Positions 38,951 through 53,723 of a stretch of 64,000 nt of DNA are shown here, piece by piece (the first letter of the stretch is position 1; every line of letters starts with the position of its first letter). The stretch lies in assembly GCA_951406725.2 (NCBI GenBank), contig OX597816.1, positions 98,766,001 to 98,830,000 on the forward strand, in the 5' to 3' direction. The position numbers and the translations under genes are program-made. Under the pieces are notes generated by a model. That model made no database searches, had not been told where the DNA came from, and saw nothing but the letters and a program-made list of their open reading frames with translations. Source of the stretch: Octopus vulgaris (taxonomy: Eukaryota).

Positions 38951-40513
38951 GTAATTTGTATTCACAAACAATGTAACATTGTTTTCCTTCTAGAATTCAG
39001 TTCATAAATTCCTCTTAAATAATGAAGCATTATTTACGATAACGCCTTAATGCTATTCAAATTATATTAATACAACATATTTCAAATTATTCACTTCTCC
39101 GAGGATGCTGTATTATGCGGTTCAAATCCATTTTATAAGTTATTTCATCTGGTAAAACCAATAAATTGTGTTTTGAGTTTCTTATAAATATCTGCATCTA
39201 TGTCTTTATGTAACGATAAAAAGGAAAATGGAAAATTATTTAAAGATATTGCAGTATAATTAGAACCATTTATCAATATGAAAATTTAATAAAATGACAG
39301 GAAAAGTAACATACAATTTTTAAATTAAACGATTTAACATTAAATGAAACTTTCGTTATTATTTATAATTTCAGATTCTGCAATAAATGAGATCCAAAAA
39401 ATTTCCTTTTGTGTCTTACATTTGTTTTGTATCTTATATGCGCTTAAATAGATTAAGAGTATATTATTTGTGCTATAAAAGAGCCGTTAACGATGGTTCT
39501 AACATACATCATATTGCGCTTCAAGCGAATAACACTAAATGTAAGTTAATCTAATCTGTCATATTTATTATGATTTTCTACAAGAAATGTTAACCAACGC
39601 TGTGATTTGAATTGCTGCAGTAATGATAGTAATTTCAAGGATGTAATTAATCTGCGAAAACTTAAGGGAATACAAATAGATAAAGGTTAAATAATAGCTC
39701 ATGAAAGAAATGTAGATTATTTCATAAAGAAGTTTACGAAATTGTTATAGGCCTCTACCTTCCTTTGTAGGGAATATGTTTTATAGTCACTCGATCTTGA
39801 AATAGATTTGTCAAAGGGCAAATGATAGCTTAAACCCCCGTAGTAATACATAGGTGCTGTATGGTTTCTGTTAAGATAATTTGAGTATTTCTCTTAATAT
39901 TTGGATTCGTATTGAATACATTTCTGTATGGAGAGAAGGACGGCAATCTGTATGTTCCAAACGGAAAAGTATTTACAGAAGTACACTTGTAATTAATAAT
40001 GTTTCGGATATGCATAGTATTTCCATTAAAACTTTGGCTAAGGGAAAACAGTTGATATTGATTTGTTGAAAACTGTGAATATATGTGTATGTGTGCATGT
40101 GCATGTGTGGGTGTAGGCTGATGATATCATTGTACTCTCTTCTGCACCGAAAGAAATTTAGAGTCTCAATAATGTTGAAGGATTGTTGTAAACTTCGGTG
40201 TGACCATGAAATTATGTTAATCTGAAGAGCTAGCACTCTATAACTGCACTGATTTGTAAATGTGCAATGACACTGTACAGCATGTGTATCATGCATATTG
40301 TTACAAACATGTAAAATAATTAATTACACACCAAAATTATAATTATGTAATGCAGAAGGATATCAAGTACTTATATAAATATATTCACCTCCCATACCTA
40401 CTGACATTTTATGATACATATATATATATATATATATATGTATTTATGTATGTATGTATGTGTGTGTGTATGTGTGTATGTATGTATGTATGTATGTACG
40501 CATGTACGTATGT

Positions 40514-40993
40514 AGCAGGTGGAGAAGGATTATGCATGAGGGGACAGCCACGTTTGAGACATCTTGAGTTGCACGTGAGAAAGTAAGGAGGGATATCAGG
40601 AAGGGCAACGCAGTTACACTTCCAGAAGGGAAGGGTCTTCCGTTGATTCTGATATGCAATGTCTGTGCAAGACCCTGCCTCAGTAAAGCTGGACTCATGA
40701 GTCATCTTCGTAGTCATAAAACCAGACAAATAAGTGTCTGGTGGTGGTGTAACACACCATACTAATCATATATGTCGGGCATGTGGAAGAGAGAATAATT
40801 CGGCTGGAGGACTTAAACGACATGCAGAGGTACATGAAGCCCAGTTACAACTACAGCCGGCTACCAGTAAAGGTCTTAATTGCCAATTTTGTACAAGACA
40901 TTGTAGATCTTTAGCTGGGCACATTCGATCACAGCACCAGTAACAGTTAAGCTTCGTGCAATGGCCATACTCGATAACGAGGGGGCAGCCATG

Positions 40994-40995
<2 letters not shown>
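40514..40995 (+). mobile_element. 3' end of an RTE-type LINE encoding three C2H2 zinc fingers
   Basis: SRWRRIMHEGTATFE..RRDIRK..CNVCARPCLSKAGLMSHLRSH / CRACGRENNSAGGLKRHAEVH..CQFCTRHCRSLAG---HIRSQH*. One stop and one frameshift, then a short 3' UTR running into (AT)n. Confidence 0.75.
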
Positions 40996-41025
<30 letters not shown>

Positions 41026-41087
41026 ATATTTCGGAATGGTCATATTGCCAGTTTAGCCAATAAATCTTGCACAACAAATATTTAAAC

Positions 41088-41168
<81 letters not shown>

Positions 41169-41208
41169 TAAATATATATGTATGTATGTATATATATATA
41201 TATGTATG

Positions 41209-41245
<37 letters not shown>

Positions 41246-41295
41246 GTATGTATATATATATATGTATATATATCTATACCTATATATATATATAC
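41088..41295. repeat. (TA)n/(TATG)n microsatellite
   Basis: Directly visible. Confidence 0.95.
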
Positions 41296-43159
41296 AATGA
41301 AGCTTGTGTGTGTGTACATAATTTTACACATATATATGTGTATATTTAGCATAGCAAAGAACTGCTTTGGGATTTCGAGAAGTACAATGAAATATCAGTA
41401 GTATCACCAAGCGTAAGATAGCAAGGCTCTTCAATGTCGCACTTGACTTGGATACTACTACGTAGAAATATGATAATTCCCTAAGATAAATTTCTAATAA
41501 CCATCTTGTCTTCTTTGAAAATGTATCGTTTTTAGTGTTTGATATAACGTGCTTTATGTATTATAGAACCGGAACTGAGACGATTCTAACATGTAAAAAT
41601 TGTATTTCTACTAAGCATTAAAGAAAGCAGTAGCTCTGAAGAATCTCTGTTACTGAATATTAGATCTATTATTCTTTATAAAATAGTGGCAATAAAATTG
41701 ACAACATCTCTGATACATTGCGCATTTCCAGAGTAACAATACACTATACATACTTTACCTAGGCATTGAGTTTTCTATAATTTTTTGTGGTTATATTACA
41801 TTAAAGCATTAGGAATATACATGTGTGTGTGTGTGTGCGCACTTCTGTGTATGTGTGCGGGCGTGTGCGTGAGTGTGTGCCCGTGCACGCGAACTCATTT
41901 CCCGAAATTTGATCAAAAATGACGCATACATTGAGTACGTTTATCCAGTAATTATGGCTCCGTTCGAGCAAAATTTTGATGGTATTTTTCAAACTTTCCA
42001 CTTTAACGTTTTTGTTCTTGCCATTCACACACTTTCGTTTATCTGCACTACATAAATGTAATTTGTCACCTATACTACAAAAGCCTCACTTAAGCGTTCT
42101 TAAAGATACTTCTACCATATCACATCAAATCGAATCTCATACGACTCCAGTGATTATGTCCCAAAACTATCATCTTAAATATTAATGCTGTTTTCTCTCT
42201 TACAACAGTATACAGTTTCATCCGCATAACACTATGCAATTTCGCATCCAAGAGAAATCCATGCACGCAAGTTCTCTGCATCCTAAGAAAGATAACTCTC
42301 CAAAATGTATTCCTCTCTTAGCAGTATCAAAGTAGGCTTATATATGTTAATAGAGAGCGGTTTGTAACTACACATTATGCATTAATGAATTTCTACACAA
42401 ATGGCATTCTCTCTATGAAACTATCTAAAATGCTACAGAAAATGATTCTCACATTAACAAATTTTTAGGTGACCCCTTATTTATGAGAGAGTACTGTTGC
42501 GGCATTCATAAGTATTCAAGAAACCATTTGGCTGAGTACTAACGAAGCATATACCAATATACTAATCCTACTAAGCAGACGCATTATGTCTTAACTGTAC
42601 GTAGTTTTGTTTTTCTTTTCTGAACTAATTAGCAAATTGCAATGTATTCTCTCTATGATCTAATGGAACCACATGTTTCGGTTTAACTTCCATGTTCTGT
42701 TTCTATCTCAAAAGAAATATTGCTGCAAACAGTACCCCAAGACATCAAGGAATCTCCACTTGCAGACGGTCTTGGATTTTATTAAAGTCTTATATTGTTC
42801 AGATTATTGAATATGATTTTAAAAAGTTTCTTAGTGTTTCGAGACAAAACAAGTTTCAACAAATGACTAAACATAATTAAACAAATGATTTCAAAATACT
42901 AGATTCACGGGATGTAGTTTCTGTTTCGGGCATATTTATATGTGACCAGGTTTTATTATGTTTACGAGCGTTCTAACAATGATCATCCAACTGTCAAGCA
43001 GGATATCCAAAACTGCGAATAGAAAATGTGAAGGAAATTTGAATGATGTATTTTGTTTTTGTTTTTTCTTAGAGGCTGAGTAACTTTGTACGTACTTAAA
43101 AAAATACAAATAATTTTTATCTGCACGTTGGTATATATAGGTGTCTCTTACATATATTA

Positions 43160-43215
<56 letters not shown>

Positions 43216-43219
<4 letters not shown>

Positions 43220-43291
43220 AAATAAAATGAGACAACAAAGCCAAGGGTGGGTGGAATATTCAGGCCATTTATAAAGAGAAAGTTACCCTTA
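43216..43291 (-). mobile_element. Short fragment related to the 9392-9527 Penelope-like repeat
   Basis: aatgagacaacaaagccaagggtgg...ttcaggccatttataaagagaaagttaccctta versus aatgagatagaaaatcgatggctg...ttcagaacatttataaagtgaacatctta. It abuts (TA)n. Confidence 0.45.
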
Positions 43292-43585
43292 TACACACAT
43301 GCATACATGCTTACATACATACATCCATACATACATACATACAGAGACATGTCTCGCCCTGTTTCAAACCAATCATGAGTATTTTATAGTGTGTATGTAC
43401 GTTATACAAAATTATGTGCCGTGCAAATATTTAAAGGTCTTCTATACGCAATATGCTAATTGATACAATTTATCATTGTATCCTTATGTTAATATAATCT
43501 ATAATTTACTTCATTTCTTACGCACACACATACACACTACACACTCATGCACAATCACGAACGCGCACATACTTTAACTTTCACT

Positions 43586-43659
<74 letters not shown>

Positions 43660-44582
43660 ATAATTATGTGCGTGTGTGTGTGTTTTTTGTGCGTGAGTGA
43701 GAGAGAAAAAAGAGAGAGAGAGACTGTGTGAGTGCATTTGTGGGTACCCGCGAGTGTATATATATATACATATATAACGTTGCGTACGTATAAGAACAGT
43801 TTTGCAAAAATTGCAGAAAGCATAATTTCTGAGAAATACATGTTGTTATACTGCGTTCTGCTGTAATGGTTAATGAAATAAAGGATACATCAATATATTT
43901 TGTTCCAGAAAATGTCACTGCATAGTTTATAGAATTTTTGTTATAGAACCTTCGAAAATTTTAGCAATTCCTTCGTGTCCATATTTCTTAATTAACTCGA
44001 CGTGGTCACGTTCCAGGTGAGTGATCATAGTAAACCTTTATATAAATTGACATCTAATTAACAATCAGACTCACATACACAAACACACATACACAATCAC
44101 ACATACACAAACACATACTCAATCAAACACACACACATATATGTGTGTGTGTCTGTGTCTGTATATATATATATATATATAAATATATGTATATATATGT
44201 TTCAGACGTTATAACATCGCCATCAGACTTTGACTTATAGGCTCATAGAGTGAGTATTCAGTCTGGTAGACCGAGTATACAGAAAGGAAGAAATGTTATA
44301 ATTTACCCGACATCAATGCATCTAATTATCTTTTCTTATTTTAGCACAGTTCCTGCATACTTAAGGGATAGGGGATTCTATCACATCGACCCTAGTGCAC
44401 ATCTGGTACATATTTTATCGGCACCAAGATGAAAGGCAACGTAGGCTTAGGCCGTTATTTGTCTCGAAGATATCCCATGATAGTAGAATAGTATTTAACT
44501 GCCATTTCTAAATTTCGGTATGTGGTGAAGCAATTTTACTGAGCCCTAATTATAATTATGCTTACTTATAATTATAGAAATT

Positions 44583-44622
<40 letters not shown>

Positions 44623-45097
44623 TTTGTGTTCATATTGTTAGTATTTGGTGTTTCTCAACAAATGGTTAAAATTTTCGAAACTATGAAAATATGTAACTTG
44701 GGATATAGAAAATCTTGACGATGTCAAATCTTTCCTTTGATGCGTTATTGTATTATGTGTAGGAAAATTTGTCAAACCAAGTAAGAAGTTTAAATCTTAA
44801 AAATAATATAACGTAATTTGAAAACACACACACACACACAGAAGCATATGTATATGTAGATACAGTGGTGTGTTTGCGCTTTTGTTGTCAGTAATATTCT
44901 AGCACTAGTCAATGTCATATCATAACCCTTATAAATATTTATTTCTATCTTGAGAATAAGTTAATTCGCTATACTATATTGAAGATTAAACTTAAGAATA
45001 TGTTACATTGTAGATAATACATAGCAAACACCTTGGGGATATAAACTCGTTTCTTACAAACGAATGTCATTATTTGATGTACTAATGGTGTTGTGTG

Positions 45098-45340
45098 GGA
45101 GCACATGGCCTAGTGGTTAGAGCAGCGGGCTCGCGGTCGAGGGACCGTGGGTTCGAATCTCAGACCGGGCGATGTGTGTGTTTATGAGCGAAACACCTAA
45201 GCTCCACTCGGCTCCACAGAAGGTAATGGCGAACTTCTGGTGACTCTTTGCCACAACTTTCTCTCACTCTTTCCTCCTGCATCTTGCAGCTCCCCTGCGA
45301 CAGACCGTCGGGGAAACTATACGCCAAGGAAACTGGGAAA
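45098..45340 (+). mobile_element. tRNA-derived SINE family E
   Basis: A box TGGCCTAGTGG at 45106-45116 and B box GGTTCGAATCT at 45150-45160, followed by a GC-rich non-tRNA body; there is no tRNA acceptor stem. Confidence 0.8.
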
Positions 45341-45577
45341 ATTTAAGTATGCAGGTCTTGTGCCAAAATAAGAAATGATAATTAGAAGTATTGATGTCGG
45401 GTAAAATATAACGCTTCATCATTTCTGAATACTCGGACTACAAGACTGAATACTCATTCTATGAGTCTATAACTCAAAGTTTGTTAGTGATGTTATAAAG
45501 TCTGAAATGAATTTCTTTTTAGACAGCTAACAGAAAAATGATAAATACAAGCATATCGTTCACATTGTCTAACTACA

Positions 45578-45580
<3 letters not shown>

Positions 45581-45666
<86 letters not shown>
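45581..45666. repeat. (TTC)n(TTA)n microsatellite
   Basis: Directly visible. Confidence 0.95.
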
Positions 45667-47098
45667 AGCAATACCTATTGATTTTCTATAATACATTTAT
45701 CTCTGGATACGATATACAGTCGACTGATTGCCAGTGTACAACGTCTGACTCGAATCATTCCCGGCAAAACTATTTCTGTCGAATTTCGTTTCTACATATA
45801 TTGAAAGAGCAATACACCATGAGCAATTAAAACAAAGCATATTCATGGACCCAGTCAGAGATAGCACCAATCTCTTCCACAGCATAAATATTGGAATATG
45901 TGCCTTAGAACTCAATATAAAATCAATTGCTCTTCTTATGAGAAAATACGTAAAGTTTGTACCTAAATTATATTACAAATCGAATTTGTATAGTATTAGT
46001 TTTGTATATATATATCCAGATTAATATTGACTCATAAATTTCTTTCCAAATATAGTCTCGCTAATGTAATTAATCCGTCTCCATATACATGTACACACAT
46101 ATGTGTGTGTCTGTGTGCGCGCGTATGTGTGTGCATTTACGTACATACGCAGATATATATGTATATTTATGAGTATATATATATATATATATATATATAA
46201 TGTACACGCACACACACACATATATATATATATATGCATACATGCCTGTATGTATGCATATCTGTATATATGTGCCTGTGTATATGTGGAGACACATAGC
46301 TTATTGTTTAGGGTGTAACACATGTCTTCGGTAATCACGGCTTCTATTCATGAATCGAGAGAAAGCATTCGATTTCACGTTGCTCCAAGCACTTCACGGA
46401 CAAAAATGATGAATCAAAGTACAGACCAGCATCACGTGCTCTAAGTCCAGGTAATCGACGTTATGAATCTATGGCTCAGGATATATATATATATATATAT
46501 ATGTAGATGTTATATAATAACGATGTGTAAAATAATTTCCCAAGGCAATCCATTATGGTTCTAATTTTATTTGCTTTCAAATCTCTCTCAAAATGCATTA
46601 GGGCAACTTTAACTATGCATGTTACATACCGAAGATGTTGTTAGGTAAGAAATCCGAAAAAATTCAATAAAAGATATACCACAAAGAGGAAATAAAAGTT
46701 ATAGAGGATATATTCTGACACAATCTCTGACCGATAGCCTCCAACACTCTACTCAAACTAAGTTCTGCATTCCTCATTAATACAAGAAACTGCACAGTAC
46801 GCTCTGTACACTGAATCAAAATCTAACAAATAAAAACAGAGCGCAACTCGCACAATATATTAGAGAGTTACCACGACATAACTAATACAAACAGATTTAG
46901 CATACAAACAGATTCCGACTTCTGAAAATGAAATGTTACGTGTACCTCAATTACAGTTTCACCTGGTGATGCAGAAGTGATACATAATTATTTCTAATTT
47001 TGGCACAAGGCCAGGAATTTTTAGGAGAGCAGAGTCCGATTTCATAGACTGGCGCGCTAAAAATTCTGGAAGCTCAACAACTTCCAGTAAAGAGAAAT

Positions 47099-47360
47099 AT
47101 ATTATCATCATTATTTTTGGTTTGACTCAGGTTCGGTCTTATTCTTGGTAGGAATTATGTGGATAGCGGTTTACTACCTGTAAACTTATTGATCCACAAG
47201 TTTTCAGCAGTCTTTCAAGCGATTAGAACCCTCCAGATAACCCTTGCTGTTCTCAAGAGAGAAAGCATTTTTGTAGGCGCTCTACTGAGCATTTTATTTC
47301 AATTTCAGTCATTTGTCTATATCTTGGCTTACTGTTCTCAACGCACAATTTATTAGAAGC
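47099..47360 (-). mobile_element. 3' terminus of an R4/Dong-clade element
   Basis: Manual translation ALRTVSQDIDK*L..IEIKCSVERLQK..LLRTARVIWRVL (consensus GALG.V...LQK..LLGTA.I.R.VL), then a 3' UTR ending in aataatgatgataat. Confidence 0.7.
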
Positions 47361-47392
47361 ATGCCCTTTACTCTTCCCTTGCTTATTGTTGT

Positions 47393-47524
<132 letters not shown>

Positions 47525-48742
47525 TCTTTGTTTATTTTTTTATGATTATCCTCTTCTTTCAATTGACACGTAGGGAAAAGAATCCCATTTTGCATTGGTT
47601 GGCCATTAAAGTAAACACGTCAGATAGTTCATTTACAAAGTCATGTGATAGAAAAAAAAAACGAGAAGAAAGACAGGCAGATAAAGGAAAGAAAAAGAGA
47701 AACATTGAAATTAAAAGGCAAAGAAAATAAAGGGGAAGAAGGAAAAAAATTCACAATAACATTGCTCTTCTCAATACGTATGACGTACCAGTTAAGATAA
47801 TCTTTTGCCCTCCCTGCATGAATGTTAGCCTAAGTATCATCCTCAATTATTATTATTATCATTATTATTATTACTATTATTATTACCATCATCATCATTA
47901 TCATAATCATCATCATCGTCATCATCAGTATTTTTATTATTTATTTAATTTCTTGCCGCTTCTACAACTAATACTAATACCACCAGCGCTACTCCAAATA
48001 ATTATTGTTTTTAGTAACATCTTTTCCAGCAGCGGTTTAGTATTTCAGGGGAAAATTATTTTTTTTTTATGAATATGATAATAATATTAAAATAAAATTA
48101 GAGGTATTCAGTATGAAGAAAGATGCATTCAAGATATTTCCAAAGAAGTAAAGCAGTTTTCAAAGATAAACTTATTAAATTATTTCATTCATTTGTCCCA
48201 ATATTGAATTCAACACGTGCATATCTGTGCAAAACGATTAGATTTTTTTTAAATGTGTTTAATCAATCCGAAACATAAAAAAGGAAACGATTTAATTGAA
48301 TTTGTGACGATTCGAGAACACAGAGCATATTTACGTTTAGATTTATATGTCGTTAATTATGTTTTGAATGCTTGCGTGGTAATATTGATGGAACGAGTGG
48401 CCGTTACCACACTAATATGACAAGGTCTAATGGACAACTTCTAATTTGTGAAAAGGAAAACATGATGGAGAGTTTAAATTTGTTAATGATGGTTTGATTT
48501 ATTATTCTCCAGCTTCAAATATTGCTTCTGAACCAACTAATAATATTTCTGACGTGACTGATTAACTATCGTGTTATTCTCGAGTGAATAATCTATTGTG
48601 AACTTTGACAATTATCAGATAACAAAGGATTAGTTATTTGCAACCCACTTAATAATAAATAACACTCAAGGTGAAGAAACAAAGGAAAGCAAAATACTAT
48701 GCTGCTCTCTTTGAATTGCAAATATCAGTCCCCAAATAAACA

Positions 48743-49169
48743 CAGTAATTTGTTCAATATTTTTAAAGTTTCTTTTGTTTTCTATAATACGTACACACGC
48801 ACACACGGAGGTATATGTATATATATATATATATATATATGTGTGTATGTATGTATGTATGTATGTATGTATGTATGTATGTGTATCTATATTTATATAT
48901 GTACATGTATATGTATGTATATATGTATGTATGTATATGTATATAGTACGTATGTATGTATATATGTATGTATGTATATATGTATGTATATATGTATGTA
49001 TATATATGTATGCATGTATGTATATATGCATATATATGTATGTATATATATATATATATATATAATGTACTATTCCAGTAATTTGTTCAACATTTTTTAC
49101 GTTTCTTTTCATAATACATACACACGCAAGCATTTACATTTATATACATGTGTGTGTATATACATATGC

Positions 49170-49217
<48 letters not shown>

Positions 49218-49285
49218 TTCTGGTAATTTGTTCAATATTTTTAAAGTTTGTTTTGTTTTCTATAATACATACATGCACACACATC
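48743..49285 (+). repeat. Three copies of a unit of about 60 bp separated by microsatellites
   Basis: gtaatttgttcaa(t/c)attttt...tttc(t)ataatac(g/a)taca at about 48743, 49076 and 49222. Confidence 0.8.
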
Positions 49286-49339
49286 CCCACATACACAACA
49301 TCTCACCCCATAAGCGCTGTGCATATACATCGTATATGT

Positions 49340-49615
<276 letters not shown>

Positions 49616-52600
49616 TCCTTTAAGAGACATTTATCCTTAAATTGCTTTCGCTATTTTGCATAAACAGAATATTGTTGTTGAACATTGAAGAAATTAATAC
49701 GATCAAAGCAATATCTACCACCACAAAATCGCTAGACATTAGATTGAGATTATGACCTCATTTACATTAATCATGTTGTCGAATAGCCAAACTATTGATG
49801 TAACAAGGGAAAATGCTCTTTACATAATTTTGTAAAGGATACAGTCGATTAATTCTCAGAAACACAATAACTTTTTGGGAGATTCTTGTAACACGTCAAT
49901 TACAAAAAGGGATAGACGACATATAGCTATCGTGTTGCCTTCGAAACACTAAACCACTACATTAACTAACATTAGACATGTTTACTTTATTTATGGTTTT
50001 TCACATTAGTCGAATAGCATCAATAGCATGGGTTGTTCTTTTATTTTTCTACAGCAAACGCGTATGCCCTTGCATAATTCACTCTCATGAAAATGTTGCA
50101 TGATCTTGTGGCTTCTATTCAGAAATACTATGGCATTTGTTCAAATACGGATTTAAGAATCCGATGGAAAGACTAACTTGTAAATGGTCTTAAAACCTCT
50201 ATCAATACAGGTAGAGAATTTCTCACTGATACAGCAACCTTAAATAAGGCTTGCAGTCTCTTTAGTCGGAGAATCCTTTAACTTTTCCACTCTGTATTTC
50301 TCCCTTCTTTTTCATCTATCTTCATTTTGTGATTTACATTTACCATATTATGTGCATAAACGTTAAAATAAACCTTAGTCACTCATTGAATCCGTGTTTG
50401 TTTACATCGATTTTATAAATAAACCAATACAAAACACTATAAACTCATTTTAACAATAATCAAATCTCTCGCTTACACTATGTACATGAGACAGACATTG
50501 TTAAACTATCCACCAGTGTGAGGGCTTTTTATCGGCCAATTTCCGACGTAATGTTTGTAGTATTGAGGCGGTCTTAATCCGTGGTGTTGTTTCGTCCGAC
50601 TCTAGATTAGTATCACAGTTCGATGGATAGTGATGAATGTGTTTCTTGGTACAAGGAGCCTAAATTTGAATTCAAAGAATGAAAACGTGCATCGGATGGA
50701 GCTTGCCAAATCTCTGTCTCTCTAACAATTCAACCAATCAATTCGCCCTGGTGTGATAATTTGTTCGGTAGGCCTGTAAGTATGAAAGTCTAAGTTGACA
50801 AAACGCACACGCATCTTTTGAAGTCAAAATGTTGTCAGCTGAAACAAATTGGGAAATTTTTAACATCTATGACTTCAATCTACATATTCGCCGCATTAGA
50901 AATCTTAATATGTAGGAGGATCAAAACACAGCACTGATATTGTTACTAATACTTGCAACTATAATGAGATGATACAAAACTCTAAACCTTACGTGGTAAA
51001 CGATCTTACCTATGCATTAAAATATGTGAAACTTGTAAATCAAGCTTTCTTTCGTAAAAGATAAATGCAGTATCACTAGTTTGTGTTATTAAAAATAAAC
51101 AGCACCAGTTCATAAACCCATTAACATTTTATTAAACTAGATTCATCTCTGATGTTTTCATGCTGCGATTTACAATTTAATTTTATAATATATTCAAAAA
51201 GCAAACTTTAAATTATATTTTCAAATTAAAATTGTTAATAGAGCTTCTCTTTTTTATAGATACATGGCAAAGTTTCAGAGATTGTTTTTAAATCTAGCAT
51301 GTTGGCTCGTTTCAAATGGGAAGATTAATTAGAATGGACTATCAATAATCACGCATATATCGAAGGACGAATGTGCAATTATAAACAAGTACAAATTCAT
51401 ACACTAGACGCGCACAATCACACACACACACACGCACACACACACACACACTTGCACGCATACACACTGGCGTGAGTAAACGTGTGTATGTGTGCATGCT
51501 AGTATATGGTGTGTTTACGAATTTGATGTGCTTGGTGTATTTTGTATATATTCCATATGTGGGTCATTGTGTGTTTGTAGGGATGTATACAATTTTGTTT
51601 GCCTCTATGTATGAGTGTGTGCGCGTCTGTGTGTGAATATATAGAGTGAAGGAACCAAAGAAGAAAACATTTTGAATCGATAATACAAACGATTAACACA
51701 CAAATGCTGAATATTTGACATTTCATTTACTAAATCAGTAACCTTCTTTTGCTGATCACTATAAAACTTTGGAAAGTCAAACTGCACAACTAAAGAATAC
51801 TTTGGTAACGTAGCATTAAGTGATTTTAGTTTTTCTCTCTGATTTTAAACGATAATAACAACACACTGATAACTTAATTTTGCAATCTTTCTCTTTCTTA
51901 GAATCTTCCGCTCTCACATAGCACTTTCATAACACACACACACACACACTCACACACACACACTCACACACACACACTCACACATACACGCACACAAACA
52001 CAGACACATACATACATATATATATATATACACATAAATGTGTGCGTATGTGTGTACGTGTGTATGTATATACATATATAACTCCTGTCACCTTCAGCTG
52101 TTTTAATCAAGGCTGTGCAATGAACGGTTTAGTTGAATAAATCGACCCCACGGCTTTTTGTTTAAGTTTGGTAAAATTATGTTGCACACTTTTGTCGAAT
52201 ATGTTAGTTACAGGAACATAAACGTACCTACGCCATTTGTGAAGCAATAGTGGAAGATGGACACAAACGTAAACACACACACACACACTAACGCACATGC
52301 ATACACATACACACATATACACTCAAAAGCAAGCGCAATCACATATATTGACATATGGATACATTTATATGTATGTCTCCACATATGTATAACGATTGCT
52401 ATACCATTTAAACTTCGCTTAAGGGAAACAATTTACAGTTTTTATTCGGTTTTGTGTAGTATATTTCCTCTCCAAGTTTGGGCGAAGTTTAGGTGAGAAA
52501 TATGCAACTCTATTAAGACCAATACCGGATATCTTGATAATAACTAACGCTGCTGAATATATCCCTTACCTTAACAGAGTGCTTCTATGAAAATAATACT

Positions 52601-52649
52601 TTGCAGGACATTGCCATAATCAGTTACATTGTCATTATGGTCTCCTCTT

Positions 52650-53060
52650 TATTTTCTTGTGTATATAATTGTATGTTTACATGAGAATTGTATGACTTTC
52701 TTTGGAATTTGGACCTGCGCATTCACTATACTATGGGTGCTTCTTCTATGTGTTGTATCGTTTTTATTAGTTTGTAGGCATTAGTTTGTATTGCTTTCAT
52801 TGGCTTCTGGCAGGTTATCTGGATTCTGTGTATTTGGTTGTTTGGTACGATTTTCCATGTACAGTCATCTTCTGAACTGTTCCATTTCAATTTGTGTGAT
52901 CATGTTATTGTCCATTAGTAATCTTCACCCATCCACAAATGTGTTTGCAGTGATATTTTCCTCCCTTCGTACTTTTTCCTCTGCAATTCATCGATCTTCT
53001 TTTGGATTTATTTTTAATTGACTAATAAGAAGATAATATTTTAGGTTAATGCTTTTTAAA
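52650..53060 (-). mobile_element. Possible N-terminal remnant of an R4/Dong-type ORF
   Basis: Manual translation YYLLISQLKINPKE..ENITANTFVDG*RLLMDNNMITQIEMEQFRR resembles the R4/Dong N-terminal motif (T...L.DQ.R.I..N.W....ELE.I.R). Confidence 0.4.
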
Positions 53061-53560
53061 AGGATGTTCCTATTTAATTTTTAGTATAATTTGCAAACTT
53101 TATTAAGGAGTTTTGACAGTTAAGGATTTTCAGAGTGCTATAATTCTGGGCCAGGTCTGTTCGTTATTCTTGTATTATGTTATGAAACTACTAACACATC
53201 CTAACTCAACTAGTCAAGTTATAGAATATGAATGATTTATCAATGGACATAGTTGAGATGTTATTAAATAGTGTTGATTTTTCTAAGATTTTCGTTAGTT
53301 TCAATTTGGCTAGATCCTATTCAAATGTTTGTTTTACTGTCCCGAGTGTTTAGTCCTTATTTTGGTGGCACTTGTTAGTTTAAATATGCATTTCCAAGTA
53401 GAAAACACGTATAATACATATTATATGCATGAATTGAATCGACAGGGGTCATTTCCTTCTGATTATATTCAAAATTCCATTTGACTTGTCACTCTATATT
53501 TACTTATATGGATTTATTTCAAAAGTATATATATAATGCCTTATCATACGTAAAAAGTAT

Positions 53561-53723
53561 AGGCGATGAGTGCTTGTGTGGCAAGAAGCTTGCTTCCCAA
53601 CTACATGGCTCTTTGTTCAGTCCCACTACTTGGCACTCAAGGCATGTGTTTTCTACTATAGCCTCGGGCCGACCAAAGCCTTGTGAGTGGATTTAGTAGA
53701 TGGAAACTGAGAGAATACCGTCG
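53561..53723 (+). mobile_element. SINE family A head and body
   Basis: aggcgatgagtgcttgtgtggcaagaagcttgcttccc...ctatagcctcgggccgaccaaagccttgtgagtggatttagtagatggaaactga matches the reverse complement of 718-882. Confidence 0.85.

Noticed and set aside
40734-40943. Host C2H2 zinc-finger gene exon
   Set aside because: It is preceded by RTE-type C-terminal motifs with a stop and a frameshift, lacks TGEKP linkers, and ends in a retroposon-like tail.
43947-44022. Candidate exon (ttatag|...ccag|gtgagt)
   Set aside because: The only open frame gives an unrecognisable peptide; it cannot be supported without RNA-seq.
45098-45172. tRNA gene
   Set aside because: A and B boxes are present, but there is no acceptor stem or proper anticodon stem, and it runs into a SINE body.
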